NCBI RefSeq assembly: GCF_018977255.1
Contig: NW_024704742.1
Location: 104,038,001 to 104,102,000, forward strand
From: Callorhinchus milii
Lineage: Eukaryota
DNA: 64,000 bases
Reading direction: 5' to 3'
Position numbers and translations under genes: made by a program. The notes beneath the pieces are model-generated. The model ran no database searches. It had not been told where the DNA came from and saw only the letters and a list, made by a program, of their open reading frames with translations. Each line of letters opens with the position of its first letter. Positions within the stretch are counted from its first letter, which is position 1. Of the stretch, positions 40,093 to 52,738 are shown piece after piece.

Positions 40093-41463
40093 TATACATA
40101 AATTTACTTACATTAAAATAACGCCTACACTTTAATTTAATTTACATTTTAAGCGCTTTAAGGCGTCTAGAAGATGTGAAAGCGCTATATCACAGGCAAG
40201 GATTATTATTATTATCATATTAACCTTGGAAAAAAACACGTAAAAATATTTCAGAAGATTTGTACGTTGCTACAGTTAATGTAACATGCATCAAATTCCT
40301 TTATTCTCAAGTCCTTTTACCTGCTAGTACCTAAGAGACACTTAAGTACATGGTAATAGTTTTTGGCATGAGTAGACTGTTTTGAATTCCACTTACCAAA
40401 AGTTTCCTTCAACCTCACTATTTCATCACCTGATAACCTTGAATGTTTTTTAAATTCCTGGAGCAGGGCTTTTCTGAAAACCCTTTATAATCTCATCACA
40501 TATGTGCTAGTTTTTTCTACATGTCTTTCACCCTTTTATTAAAATTATTTCTCCTGCCCCTTGTGTTCATTTTTGTTGCCCTTATTTATCACTTAACAAC
40601 CACTTGCATTTTCCAAGGTGAGGTTCAATTAAAAATAAAGACTCGCCAACCTGTATAAAACCTCCAAATCCTGCAATTCTTAATCCAATTTCACCAATTT
40701 TTCAAAAATTAAACGAGTAGCCAACACTCCTGTTCATTAAAACAGATACGGAAACAATGGCAACTTGTCTGCAGCTTAAATTAACCATAATTTAAGTTTC
40801 ATAAAAGTATATTTCATTAAGTAACTGATGTGACAAAAGCAATGGCAGACATGCTTGTACATATCTGATACACATAGACATTATATTATAATATATAATG
40901 TAGACCATTTCCTAGAAAATATTCCTTATTCAACTCAATGGGGTTATCCTATTTAATTAAAGTGTCCACAAGCATGCACAAGTGGCTTAATCAAAATTCA
41001 AAATATAACAACTATTCTATTAAATAAATCTCTTTACTTCAGATAGTTAAAAATTGTGAAAGTAAAACCTAAAGCACATAACTACTGTACCCAACACATC
41101 CTCTTAGACATTTTAGATCGCAACTGAAGATCTTCCTCTTCGATGTGCTTACCGTCATTTCCTCCCTCCCCTCAGCTTGGAATCAGGCACTAACACTGTT
41201 AAGTGCTCTATGACGCTGCCCCACTTGAAGGGAGCTATATAAATGCAAGTTGTTGTTGACATATTATGCCTACTAAACAAGTTGTCCTTATGTTTTATTA
41301 TGGTTTGCACCCTTCTGTGGCAATGGAATATCTACAGAAAAAATGGCTTTACATAAATGCAATAGGCATTTGACCATGTCAATAAAAAAATCGGAAAAGT
41401 AATAGCTTACAAAACATTTCTTATACATGGATTATCTAGCGCTAGATGTTAGTTAGCATGTTC

Positions 41464-42750
41464 TAATAATAATAATCCTTGCATAATATAATAATAATCC
41501 TTGCATTTGGTATAGCGCCTTATCACTTCGCGACGTCATCATCCGCAGACATGGGGTTAACTTCCACATGTATGTGGATGACACCGAACTCTACCTTTCC
41601 TCCTCTACTCTCAACTCCACGACCACCGATGTCCTGACAGCTGCCTGTCCGACATCGAGTCCTGGACGAGAGACAACTTTCTTCAGCTCAACGTGCGCAA
41701 AACTGAGGCCCTCCTGATTGGCTCACGTCAGCGCCTCCGCACCTCAGGCGCTGACACCATCAGCATCCAAGGCTGCACTCTCCCCCTCTCAAAGCCGGTC
41801 AGGAACATCGGGGTTCTGTTCGACCCTGAGCTGTCCTTTCTCCCTCATATCCGCACCACAACTGGCACCGCCTTCCATCACCTCCGGAATATCGCCAAAC
41901 TACGGCACTACCTCACCCCTCACGCTGCTGAAACTCTGGTCCACGCCTTTATCACCTCAAGGCTGGACTATGGGAACTCTCTCCTCGCCGGCCTTCCCGG
42001 CACCTCCCTCCACACTGCAGGTCATTCAGAACTGTGCAGCTCGTGTACTGTCCCGCACCAGGCTTCGGGACCACATCACTCCCACCCTCACTCGCCTCCA
42101 CTGGCTCCCCATCCCCCAGAGGATCGAATTCAAGATCCTCATCCGCACCTACAAGGCCATTCACGGCCTTGCTCCCTCCTACCTCTCCGACCTACTATCC
42201 CCCTACTTACCTGCCCGTACCCTCCGTTCCTCTGGCTCCGGTCTGCTCCACATCCCCCGCCCCAACCGCCCTACCATCGGTGGTCGGGCCTTCAGCCTCT
42301 CAGCCCCCAGGCTCTGGAACTCCATCCCCCAGTGCCTTCGCCGCCTCCTCCCTTTCCTCTTTCAAGGCCGGTCTCAAGACCTTTCTCTTTGACCGAGCCT
42401 TCAGCTCCCCTCTCGACTCTCTACCCCCTCCTCGCTCCCTCCCTTCCCTCCCCTCACCCTGACCATTTCCCCCTCCTCGCTCCCTCCCCCCCCCTCACCC
42501 TGACCATTTCCCCCCTCCTCGCTCCCTCCCTCCCCTCACCCTGACCATTTCCCCTCTGCTCGGGTCCTGACCCAACTGTCCAGCGCTTTGGGACGTCCTT
42601 CCGACATGAAAGGCGCTCTATAAATGGAATCTTGTTGTTGTTGTTGTCTCAAAGCACTTCACAGAATATGCTGTAGAGTGAATTGACTGTATATTTTGTG
42701 GGTGAAACGCAGCAGCCAATTGCGTACAGCAGTGTCCCATAAACAGTCAT
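41464..42750 (-). mobile_element. SINE 3' half split by the L2 insertion (41464-41537 and 42647-42750)
   Basis: atagcgccttatcacttcgcgacgtc ... tcaaagcacttcacagaat rejoin into the SINE tail. Confidence 0.85.
41538..42646 (+). mobile_element. L2 LINE, 5'-truncated, same subfamily as the 13.2-16.1 kb copy
   Basis: Near-identical to ~15049-16075; LVHAFITSRLDYGN and LHWLP motifs; (TTG)n tail. Confidence 0.95.
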
Positions 42751-45700
42751 GTTTAAGAAATTAAAAACATTTAAGAAATGTTGATTTCTGCCACTGAAGA
42801 AAATATTGTTCCAACATGTTAAAGTCCTGATAGAATAATTATGAATAGCTTTATTAAATCTTCTTTTTATTACTGCGACACAAGCTCTTCAGAGAATACT
42901 CTAATCATAAATCTCCCTAAGCATATATAATTTTTAAAAAGGCATTGATTAAATGCATTTGAACAAGAATGCCACTCTATTTACAATACATTACGTGATC
43001 TATTACCGTACATATATACTGGAAACAAAGTTACCCATCATCAAGACAACACACTGCAGCAGTTACTTTATAATATAAGCATTACTTCTGCATTACAATA
43101 AACGTGGCTTTAACAAATAATAAGATAAAATTACTTGGATACATTAAAATTGCATTACTGCATTTGTGGTATTCTCAAAAGCTCAGATCACAAAGTAAGA
43201 GTTGACGCTGGTGAATGGATCAATAATTAGCAAATTTTGTGTCTGGCATACTAACCCCCCCAACCACCACACACTCATCTTTATAAATCATTTTTTCTTT
43301 CCCAAATCAAAAGATGATCTGGCTTTTACCAATCTGAACTAAATCCTGGAATAGACTTTCCAATGTTTGTCAGCTCTCTACATGAGTGGCTGATATGCAG
43401 TACCCATGATCTTGTAAGGTACAGTGCATTGGTGGACCAATGTGTTGTAATATTGGCCAAGGTGAATGGCAGAAAATTAATCAACTTCTTATTGAAAACC
43501 TCACCAATATTTTAAAATTATACTGCCAGAATTTATTTTCAAACATGTAGAGATCATAAGTACAAAAATAGTTTTTGTAGATCAAAACACTGACACTGGA
43601 CTGGATTCACTATTATAAATGGAGAAACCAAGCCTTAAATTTTGCTCTTCTCAATTCCCATGTTTAATAAAAAGGGCATTTCTCACCTCATTGCATACAC
43701 TTATTAATGGAGGCTCCATTGAGGAGGGAACATAAACAACCTGGTTAATTGTATAAATAGAACTGGCCTGCAAAAAATAACCTTCCTTACTTACTGCTCC
43801 ACAGGATAATCAACCACTTACTTAAAACTATTGAATTAACTTTCAGGGGGCCTCACCATCCTGAATTTATGCTCCGGTATATTAAACTATGAAAGTACAC
43901 AGTCCATATTGGAGTGAAAACAAGACGAGAAAAACAAACTGGAGCAAACATTGAAAAGCTATCAATTAATGTTAATCAGTGTATCAATCTTGTGAAATGT
44001 TCACTTCTTGCAACAATTATACTATGTATGATCTGCAAAACAATTACATCTCAATTAATCCTATTGTGAAACAAAAACTTCGGAGCACAATGAACTTACT
44101 GGTTGCATGTTCTGAACACTGCATTCAGACCAGTTATAACCACATAAAAATCTACAACTTTTTAAAAATTAGATTTTAAATTAAATTTTAGCCAGTTGAT
44201 AAGGCTAAGGTACTTTAAAAATACATAGTGCACCAGTAAATCTATTTGATGAAATGCTTCCTAAAATACTTCAGACAGGAAATCATTTCCAATTAGCTTG
44301 ACTTTACAGCAAAGAATTTATTGATCATTAAATTACATTTTCATCCCAGTGCAGTAATGAAAGAATGTTCCATTTGCAAGAGGTGTCGTGCTGTCTTCTA
44401 CATGAGATATGAAATCAAGGTCCTATCTGCCTGTTCAGGTAAATGTTTAAGATTCCATGACACTATTCAAAATATATATCTTTTTTGGTCATCTAGGTGC
44501 TTGACACATGCAAAATCCCACACCATGGCTAAGAGTATCCAAACCAAACAGAGTTCCATGCATCCCATGTACAGATGGAAATTCCCACCTATTGGAAAAT
44601 GATGTGAACTCTCTCCCTGGAGGGACACATCCTGGTTACCTAATTCCAAGAGAGTGTTTGGCACGGGCTGGCAAGAGCCAAGGTTTAGACCCCAAAGTGT
44701 GCATTGGGGTACTGCTGGAGTCTAACCAACTAAAACTGCATAGCTTGCCATTGAAAGCAATGTCTGGTAAGCTTTTCCACTGCTTGTTCAGTTAGAACCA
44801 GCCTAGCCATTGGTTTGCAGGATTAACAGTACAGAGTGTGAAGAATTCCTGGTCTGAAACCTCAAAATCCTACCAATGAGCAAGGCTGGCTAGGCTGTCA
44901 GCAGTGCCTGGTGTACTGCAGACCTGCACGGCTCAGGAAGCGGACTACTGAGACCATCAGAGGGTTGACTCTATTCTGACATTCCATTGCCATGCTTATC
45001 CTCCTCCCCACAGAGAATAGTCACTTCTTGGTCATGTGACATCCGATAGGTGCAAGTTTGAGCCCTGACTTGGTCGATGGAAATTATCAGGAACTCCCTG
45101 TAGTATCCTGAGCAGTAATCCTTCAGATAAATTGATTACTCACTTCAAAGGATCTGATATCAAATGTTTGTGCACTCAGGAATTCTCAATGCAAGCAAGT
45201 GGATAGCCCATGTTGTACTATGTTCATAATGAGCATTTGTAAACAAGATTAGTTAGGTGCTTAGTGCTCACAGGCAGAGGAAAAACAGAGTTTCCTCCCA
45301 CATCTGCATCAAAGATGCTCCTGCATCAGGAATCAAATGGATTTTAAAAGGAGACTTAAGGGTTACCCTAAAATTTTACACATTAAGCCCATTCATCTGC
45401 AAGGATTTAAGATGCATTTCGGCAATTTCCCGGCTATAGAATTACAGAAATGGGTAGGTTTGATCTGTATAATCACTACATTAGTTAAGCTTTTTAAAAA
45501 AATATTTAAATGCTCACATCTTTTTCCAAGTCAAGAATTGAAGACATCCAGTAAATGTAAGAATCAAAGCATCAGGAAAGGTCAGAGAAAGCTGGTGGTT
45601 TGTTTGATCAGCAACATTTCTCACCCTCAAAACTGCATATTGTAGGATATTTTAATATATTTAAAAAAGACACATATTCAATGCTAAAACTCAAACATTA

Positions 45701-46029
45701 TTATTGCTCACCATAGTACTATTTTAGATCCCTCCCTCCACTGGGAATCAATTTTCTAACGCAGTCTGACATGACAACCTCCTCCTATCTGAATCAGCTG
45801 CAGTGACAGGTGCAAAATCAATTTCTATGAAACTGGGCCAGATTGTGGAAGAGTGGGAATACACAGCAAGTCTTTCCAACACCTACTTGCACCCGCTGTC
45901 ACCTTGGTGGGTAGCAAGAAGAATAGTCTGTTTATAAAAAAGAAAATTACACATTTCACTGGCACTTAATGATAGAAATACAGTATTAGATGCATTACCA
46001 CAGATGCCAATTTATGGTGCACAACTTCA

Positions 46030-46310
46030 AGTCAACCCTCAAATCTCTGCCTTGTCTCTTCCACTGCCTGCTTTCAAACCCTTCGGACTCCACTTCTGGC
46101 CACTTTCCCATTGGTAGGATTTTAAGCGCTCTGAGATACTACCCTGCATGGAGGGCGCTATATAATTGAAAGTTGTTGTTGTCATCGTCCCCCACCCTCC
46201 CTCTCAGGCCCTAATCCCACACCCCTTTCCCCACAGCACAGGCTTCCAGTGACCTGGGTGAATGATTTCTTCCGATATGAAAAGCATCATCCAAATGTAA
46301 ATTGTTGTTG
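46030..46310 (+). mobile_element. Two adjacent short L2 tails
   Basis: aagcgctctgaga...gagggcgctatataattgaaagttgttgttg, and a second tail ending aattgttgttg. Confidence 0.6.
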
Positions 46311-47914
46311 CTCTGGAGAGATCATTTATGAGCTTTCTACCAGATGATTGCACAAAGGGCTTTTTTTTGTTGGAAGATTTTACATTAACATGTTTTCATG
46401 CCAAATGAAACAAGGTTTTGATACTTTATTACAACAACAACTTGCATTTATAAGAAGCTTTCATAAGGGGTAGCATCTCGGCGCGTTATTACCCACGATT
46501 TCAAATGAATAAAAATTTAAAAGCACACGGTTCCCAATTCATTACTTTCAAGCCAGCGACAGGTACTTGCAGGTGATTTTAATGATGTCCCTTAAGTGGT
46601 TAAACTATTCTTTGATGTGAGGAACACATCAACGTTGAAAGCTCATTTTCATCTAGCAGATGAAATGCTAAATATGAATTTGGGCTAAAAAAGGACAGTG
46701 GAGGAATATTTTGTGTATTTAGAACCTTATGTTTTCTTGTTTATGGAAGGAGTAACATGTCTGTACTTATCCAGGTGAGTAGTGCTAATATTGGAACTTC
46801 TCTTCTTGCATTTTGGGCGACCAGTGTCAGCATCAAACATAACAGAGAACCATTAAAGCTCATTCTTCTCTGCTACCATATTGTGCCTCATCTCAAATCT
46901 CAGACAAACAACTCTGACTGCAGTAGTGTGAGAATCTCTATTTCTTAATATCAAGGACCTTGTAAAAGACTCAATTTAGTTCTTTGCAGCTCGGTTGAGA
47001 CTGCACACAGGACCCTTTGAATTCACAAATTGAGTAATTTTTGCCACCCAAGAATCACATAATTATACAGCACAAATACATTATGTATCATTCCAATAGT
47101 ATGCATATAGTGTGCAATTTTCCACAAGATAAGAGGTTATAAGTGTTTTCAGTATTGATATTTCATAACTTATGACTCATGTAGACTTTATGAGTATTTA
47201 TTCATGAGTCAGCTTAGTCAGCTGACCTGATGCACAAGTGGTCTAGTGTTGACTCTCCCTCCTCTCAGCAGGGAAGCATCTGACTATTGCTCAGGTTCTC
47301 CTGTAATCATTACATGAGTGTTGTGAGCGAAAGTGCAATCCCATATTCTACCTACACCATGGCAATGCATATTAAAATATTGCAATACCGTGAAATTACT
47401 ATTTTATCATGGTCTCATCTTAATAAGGTTTGGGTTCCTCCAGCAACTTTAAGAGGTTCAGACAGGAGTTGGAGAGTAGGCAAAAATGGATTCCGTAACA
47501 AAAGGGTTTATTGAAGTGAGCTTTGTTCTTAGCAGCGGAACCACTGAACTGCAGAATCAAATTCAACCAAATAAAAGATGTACAGGGAGACTCAGTTATA
47601 AAGTGCCTCGCTAGAATGAAAATTTACTTAAAACTTGGGTGTCCTGTAGACCCGCACGTGTTTTACCAAAGGTATGGCAAACTTGGTTTGCGGCATTAAA
47701 GAATGGCGGCCTTTCAGTTGAGAGCATCGCTACTTCCTGCGTACTATGATCATAAGCGACAAAAACAACATTTCTTGTGAAGTGATGCTTCCTGCATGAC
47801 AACCTAAGAAGGCTACTATTTCAGTGGTACATTATTACACTAGGGTCTGAGTCTATGAGCCCGATCTGCAACTTTATAACGAAGACATCCTGTATCCTTT
47901 TCTGAATATTTAAC

Positions 47915-48165
47915 TATAGCTCATTTGGTAAAAGCAATGCCCAGTGCAGAAGCCAGACCAGGAAGCTCCAACCTGCGCTGATAAATACATGATGGTACAT
48001 GTGCAGCAATTATCATTAGGAAAGTGAAAGAAAAAAATCAACTTAAGCTCCTGCTCCTTTATATTAATGTGACCCCTGTTGGGGGTCAGGATACTGCAGT
48101 GTCAAGAACATATGGAACCATTCTCAACACCATACATCTCCAGAAGAAAGAGGAGGGACAATATT
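47915..48165 (+). mobile_element. Degenerate AmnSINE2-like SINE
   Basis: tagctcatttggtaaaagca...cagaccaggaag...ctcctgctcct...gtgacccctgttgg. Confidence 0.5.
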
Positions 48166-48258
48166 AGAAGCGGGGAGGGGTAACCACAAATGTATTATGG
48201 GGAAGAACTGTCCAAGATGATACATCTTAAACAGTGTTACAGTAAAATTGAACTATAC

Positions 48259-48399
48259 CTTCATGCTGGATGCTTCGGTCTCTAGTTGTGTCAGATGATT
48301 TGAGTTGTCCTCCAACTCCTGCCGCAGATTTGAATTCTCCATTTTAAGGGCCTCTACTTGCTTCAGGAGCTGATCATATGAAGCTGATGATGCAGCCAT
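48259..48399 (-). CDS. APC: APC first coding exon, 47 codons: MAASSASYDQLLKQVEALKMENSNLRQELEDNSNHLTQLETEASSMK (N-terminal coiled coil)
   Basis: Manual translation nearly matches human APC as recalled (MAAASYDQLLKQVEALKMENSNLRQELEDNSNHLTKLETEASNMK). AGGATGG start context; phase-0 donor AAG|gtatag. Confidence 0.96.
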
Positions 48400-48417
48400 C
48401 CTGAACTAGACCAAGAC
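48400..48417 (-). other. APC: 18-nt 5' UTR portion of the APC first coding exon
   Basis: Acceptor tgtttttaaacag|GTCTTGGTCTAGTTCAGG ATG; implies a non-coding exon further upstream. Confidence 0.85.
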
Positions 48418-48860
48418 CTGTTTAAAAACATAAATACGTCACCTACGCTTTCACCCTTGGAATGATGGTTCATACAAAAATGGACACGAGTTCAAGATCG
48501 TACTGATTATACAGTACTACATGTACACTTTGGTGCATGTTCCCCAACCCCAATGTGCTTTTCATCGAGAAAGTTGAGTTCCTTTTGAGTTAGTCTCCTT
48601 ACAGCTTGGAGACCATTATCTTGGGATTAATTATCTTGGATTCATCCTTGCTGCCCTTTTCTGAGTACTTTCCAACTCCCTTGAAATTGGATCCATTCTT
48701 CCAAATGTAATTGACCTATGCGGTACACAAGGCTAGAGTAATATTTACACAATCAAATGCACTCAAGCTTTACACTGACAACAGGTCTTAAATAGAGGAA
48801 TAATCCCTTCCAAATCATCTTTTTTTGTTAATGAGAACCTATATACATTATTTGTTCTAA

Positions 48861-49240
48861 AAACAACAACTCGCAAATGCAAGTTTGTGTCCTTCACGTG
48901 GGTACCATTGGAATAATTAACTGTGGTTCAACACTGAGCTAAAAAGAGAGGGGAGGCAACTGAGGCGATGGTCGAAGAGGAAAGTCTCCAGGTGTGATTT
49001 GAAGATGGGTAAAGAGGGGGGCAAGATGGAGTGAGTTCCAGAGATTTTAGATATAGCATCTGAAAACACCGCCACCAATGATGAAACAGGTGACAAGAAT
49101 GTGCAGAAGATCCGAATTGAGGTGAAGGAAGCATGAATGAGTTTCAGCAGAGTTTGAAGTACAGTACAATGCAAAATTACATTTGTAAAGTGCCTTTTAT
49201 GTCAGGTGGACGTTCCAAGGCCCTGGACAGTCAGGGATTC
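48861..49240 (-). mobile_element. Degenerate L2 3' fragments
   Basis: Tail-like starts at ~48861 and ~49172; FKSHLETFLF in translation. Confidence 0.65.
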
Positions 49241-50619
49241 GTCAGTAAGATTGTTCCAAGATGCATAACAACATTCCTATTTTCCAAATTAAAATATATC
49301 TGCCATTCTTTAGTCAAACTGGTTAACTTTGTTGAAAGGCCTATACTTGAGACTTCTCTACAGATACTAGGGGTATATTTGTCAGGCAATCCTAGTACAG
49401 TAGAAAGTATCTACAAGTCAGGAATGATTTCAGCAGTTTATAAAACTAATTGAAAATAGCTTTTTTAAATAAAAAGTCCCTGCATTTTTCTTTAACTAAA
49501 CAGGATAAAGTTTTCTCAGTAATCTATACAAAAGTATTTCAAAAGCAGTTAAGGGGTCTATGTTACATAGAGTGGCATAGAAAGTTAATCAGACCACTGC
49601 AAAGGCTGCCTGCATCAACCTCAAAGATTAATTGCCCTTTTCCAAAAAATGATCAAGGCAATTTTATTTTAAAGCAACCAAGTATTGTGAACAAAGCCAG
49701 CATTGTTTTACATAATTTTTTTAAAAAAATGCACAATTGAACTAAGGAAGTTACCTTTGTTGAGTATATATCTGAAGAATATATACACACATACATATGT
49801 AATATATCTATACACACACATTGACTCTTCATTTGCGTTGCTCTCTTGCCCCTAGTTCTTGCTCTGCTTGGTGTCTGAATTTCAATGCTCTCCTTCCCAA
49901 CCTCAGACCCATTTCAGTTGCCTCTTTGAGCTCAGCTTCCTGGCGTAGACAGCTGAATTTGGGAGTGAAATGGTGTGGAAGCAGAGTAGGAAAGGTAAGT
50001 GGATGTGGTGTGCACATCCTGTGAATAGTGTAAAATACAGTTTGGTTGCAAATACTAGGTTCATTACTATCATGCAGTTTTCATTATTCTGGTGAGTATT
50101 ACACATTGAAGACGTTTGAAGAAAGCTACTTGTCAGTTGAGTGTTTGAGGTGAAGCAATTAGGATGCATCAAGTGTCTGAATTGCAGTGCAGTGACAGGT
50201 CTAACATGCATACACAATATGAATAGTTTGGAGAAGTGTTTCCAACTTGGCTGGCCAGGTAACAGTGAAAACCTAAAATGAAAACTAGAACAAATAACAA
50301 ATAAATAGCCATCTCGGTTTCTGCAAGAAGCACTAGCAACCAATTTAAAGTAAAGTTTATTTCAAAATAATATGAATTACTATTCATGGAAATCAATCAC
50401 CATTAATTTGAATGTGCAATAGATCTCTATTTATGAATTTCAGTTACCCATAGTTTTTTTTCTTATGGCAGATAGCTGAGTTTAAAATGTAGAGGATACA
50501 TGACGAGTTGTGGGATACAATTTATCTTCTATGGGTGTAGTGACCTAAAAACGTCAGAGCACATCAGAAACAGTGCAATAATCATTGTAATTCAAACTCT
50601 TCTGTTTATTTACCATAAA

Positions 50620-50960
50620 ATCAAGAACTTGCATTTTCGTAGCACATTATTACATTGAAATATCTCAATGTGTTTCACCAACAATTACTGTCAAGTCCAG
50701 TTCCTACATTTGAGACAAACAAGGCATTTTGCATGAACAAAATCCCACAAACAGCCACGAGGTGAATGACTAACATGAAGGATCACTGGCCAAGACACCA
50801 AGAGATATTTCCTTCCATTTTCAAATAATGACTTGAGATTTTTAATGTTGACTGAACAAGCAGACATGATCACCACCAAGTGAAAGATGGCACTTACAAC
50901 AATGCAGTGTTCCCCATTACTGCACCCCAGAATGCTTTGCCCACTTATACAAGCCATCCA
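50620..50960 (-). mobile_element. Degenerate DeuSINE-type element
   Basis: atcccacaaacagc...ctggccaagacacc...gattttaatgttgactgaac. Confidence 0.55.
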
Positions 50961-51119
50961 CATTGATGACAGTAATGTTGCTAATGTGTGTTCAATTTGT
51001 CTCCCTATCAGCCTCCGTTTCTGGTCCCTAGGCTCTTCATGCTGGGGTGCTCCAGCTCTTCTCTGGGAGCTGACATCATTTGTGTGAGAGCTTTGACAGC
51101 GAGTATCCGATGATACACA

Positions 51120-51290
51120 TGCACACTATCAGTAGAGGAGCAGAAATTCTGGCTGGGTTTCCCGTCCCTAAGCCTGGGAAAGCTGAGACCAATTTAGTCT
51201 TCTCATGCAACTCCAGCTGAAACCAGCAAACTCATTTAAGCTGGGATTTGAACAGTGAGCTTCCCTATCTGTAAGCTGCAATTCTCTCCA
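51120..51290 (-). mobile_element. AmnSINE2-like fragment
   Basis: Antisense similarity to 38990-39100 (ctgagaccaatt, cagctgaaaccagcaaactc). Confidence 0.5.
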
Positions 51291-52393
51291 CTGTACCATT
51301 GGGGTTGTGCGTTGTGAAAATACCTTCCCTTAATCAATGAAGGCGGGAGCTAGAACAGAAAATTAAAAATGTGACTAATTAAGTTTGCATGCTCATGGTG
51401 GTTTGCTTGTTGCATAGAATCAGTCAAACAGTTTAACTGGGGTGAATTTCATACAGGCAGCAGCCTAGCCCATTGCAAAGTTCCTCTGTCTGAAGCAGTC
51501 TTGTACTATAAACATGCATAGGAGATGAAGCGTGAAATGAGTCCCCTGGTCTGTGTGCTTTGGTATAGTTACTGTAGTCAGAGGTGCAGAGGTCAGTCAG
51601 GGGATTTGGTGTTAGCGCTGCCTACTAATTAAAGTTCTCAGAGAAGGATAATAGTGTTGGAGAAATCGTTTGATGTGCTCAAGGAAACCAGTAAGTGAGC
51701 ACATATAATTTGGCAATATGTTGCTAATGTTCTATTCTGTATAATGGGACAGAATGAATGTGTGTTTGTGTGTGTGGGGGTGGGGTTGGAGAACGAGCAT
51801 GCTGAGGAAACAACAGAGGAAGAGGTAAGTAGAAGTGCAGTAATTGGGAAACAATAGGATAGGCAGAAGCTGTACGAGAGGTTGGGAGATCAGTGTAGTA
51901 ATGCAGGGAATTGAAATATCAAATAAGTTCCAGGTGCTGGATAACATCGAGGGGTAGATATCAAGGAATGGATGAATAAGGAGGAGATGAGCTAATGGTG
52001 AGGTGTATGTGGGATTAACAGCAACTTGCATTTATGTAGGGCCCTTCACGCAGGATAGTGTTGCACTGATATAATATAATAATCAGATCGTCAGAGATGT
52101 ACGTTTCGACTTCTTTAGAACAAAGATATGCTTTTTCAAATTATTAACAATCAAAGCTAGGAGTTATGGGAATAGTTGGACTGCTGTGGAAAACACTGGA
52201 GTTATAGATAGTGGGAACAGATAAACTAGTGTCTAATGTAGAAATTTCTTGTCTAATGTAGGTAGAATTTCTCATTTTTTCTTCCTGTCACCATGTTCCT
52301 CATCATCATCATCACCCTCCTAAATAAATTAGCTATCATAGCAGAGACCAGGATCAGACTTTCGCTGAACTTCAAAAGAATGGTTTATAATGA

Positions 52394-52738
52394 GAAACCA
52401 ATTAATTCTTCATTTCCCCATTTGAAATATTTGTTGTAGGAGAAAGAACTTGCATTTTATAACTCTTATCGGATTAAAAAGTTGCCAAACACTGTTTTTA
52501 AAGGCAAAATGTGGCAGATCAGCAAGGTCCCAAAACAGCCATTAGGTGAGAAAGATTACCTACATTTATATGGTCTTCCTCATTCTTTTAATATGGACAT
52601 CCTCCACACCAAGCCTAACGTGTGAAATGTCTGGGATGACCTTTTGTAATTAAATCTTTTCATGCAATAAGGACTATAAAATACAAGTTCTGTCTCCTAC
52701 AACAAATATTTCAAATGGGCAAAGGAAGAATTGGTTTC
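52394..52738. repeat. Inverted repeat, arms 52394-52469 and 52667-52738
   Basis: 27-bp perfect core at 52417-52443 and 52693-52719. Confidence 0.95.

Larger units (their letters stand above)
8794..48258 (-). other. APC: APC intron between coding exons 1 and 2 (39465 nt, GT-AG)
   Basis: Defined by the two flanking exons, whose peptides are contiguous in APC. Confidence 0.9.

Noticed and set aside
49855..50000. Plus-strand exon-like segment with AAG|gtaagt donor (antisense transcript?)
   Set aside because: Isolated splice-like signals are common in introns; no other support.
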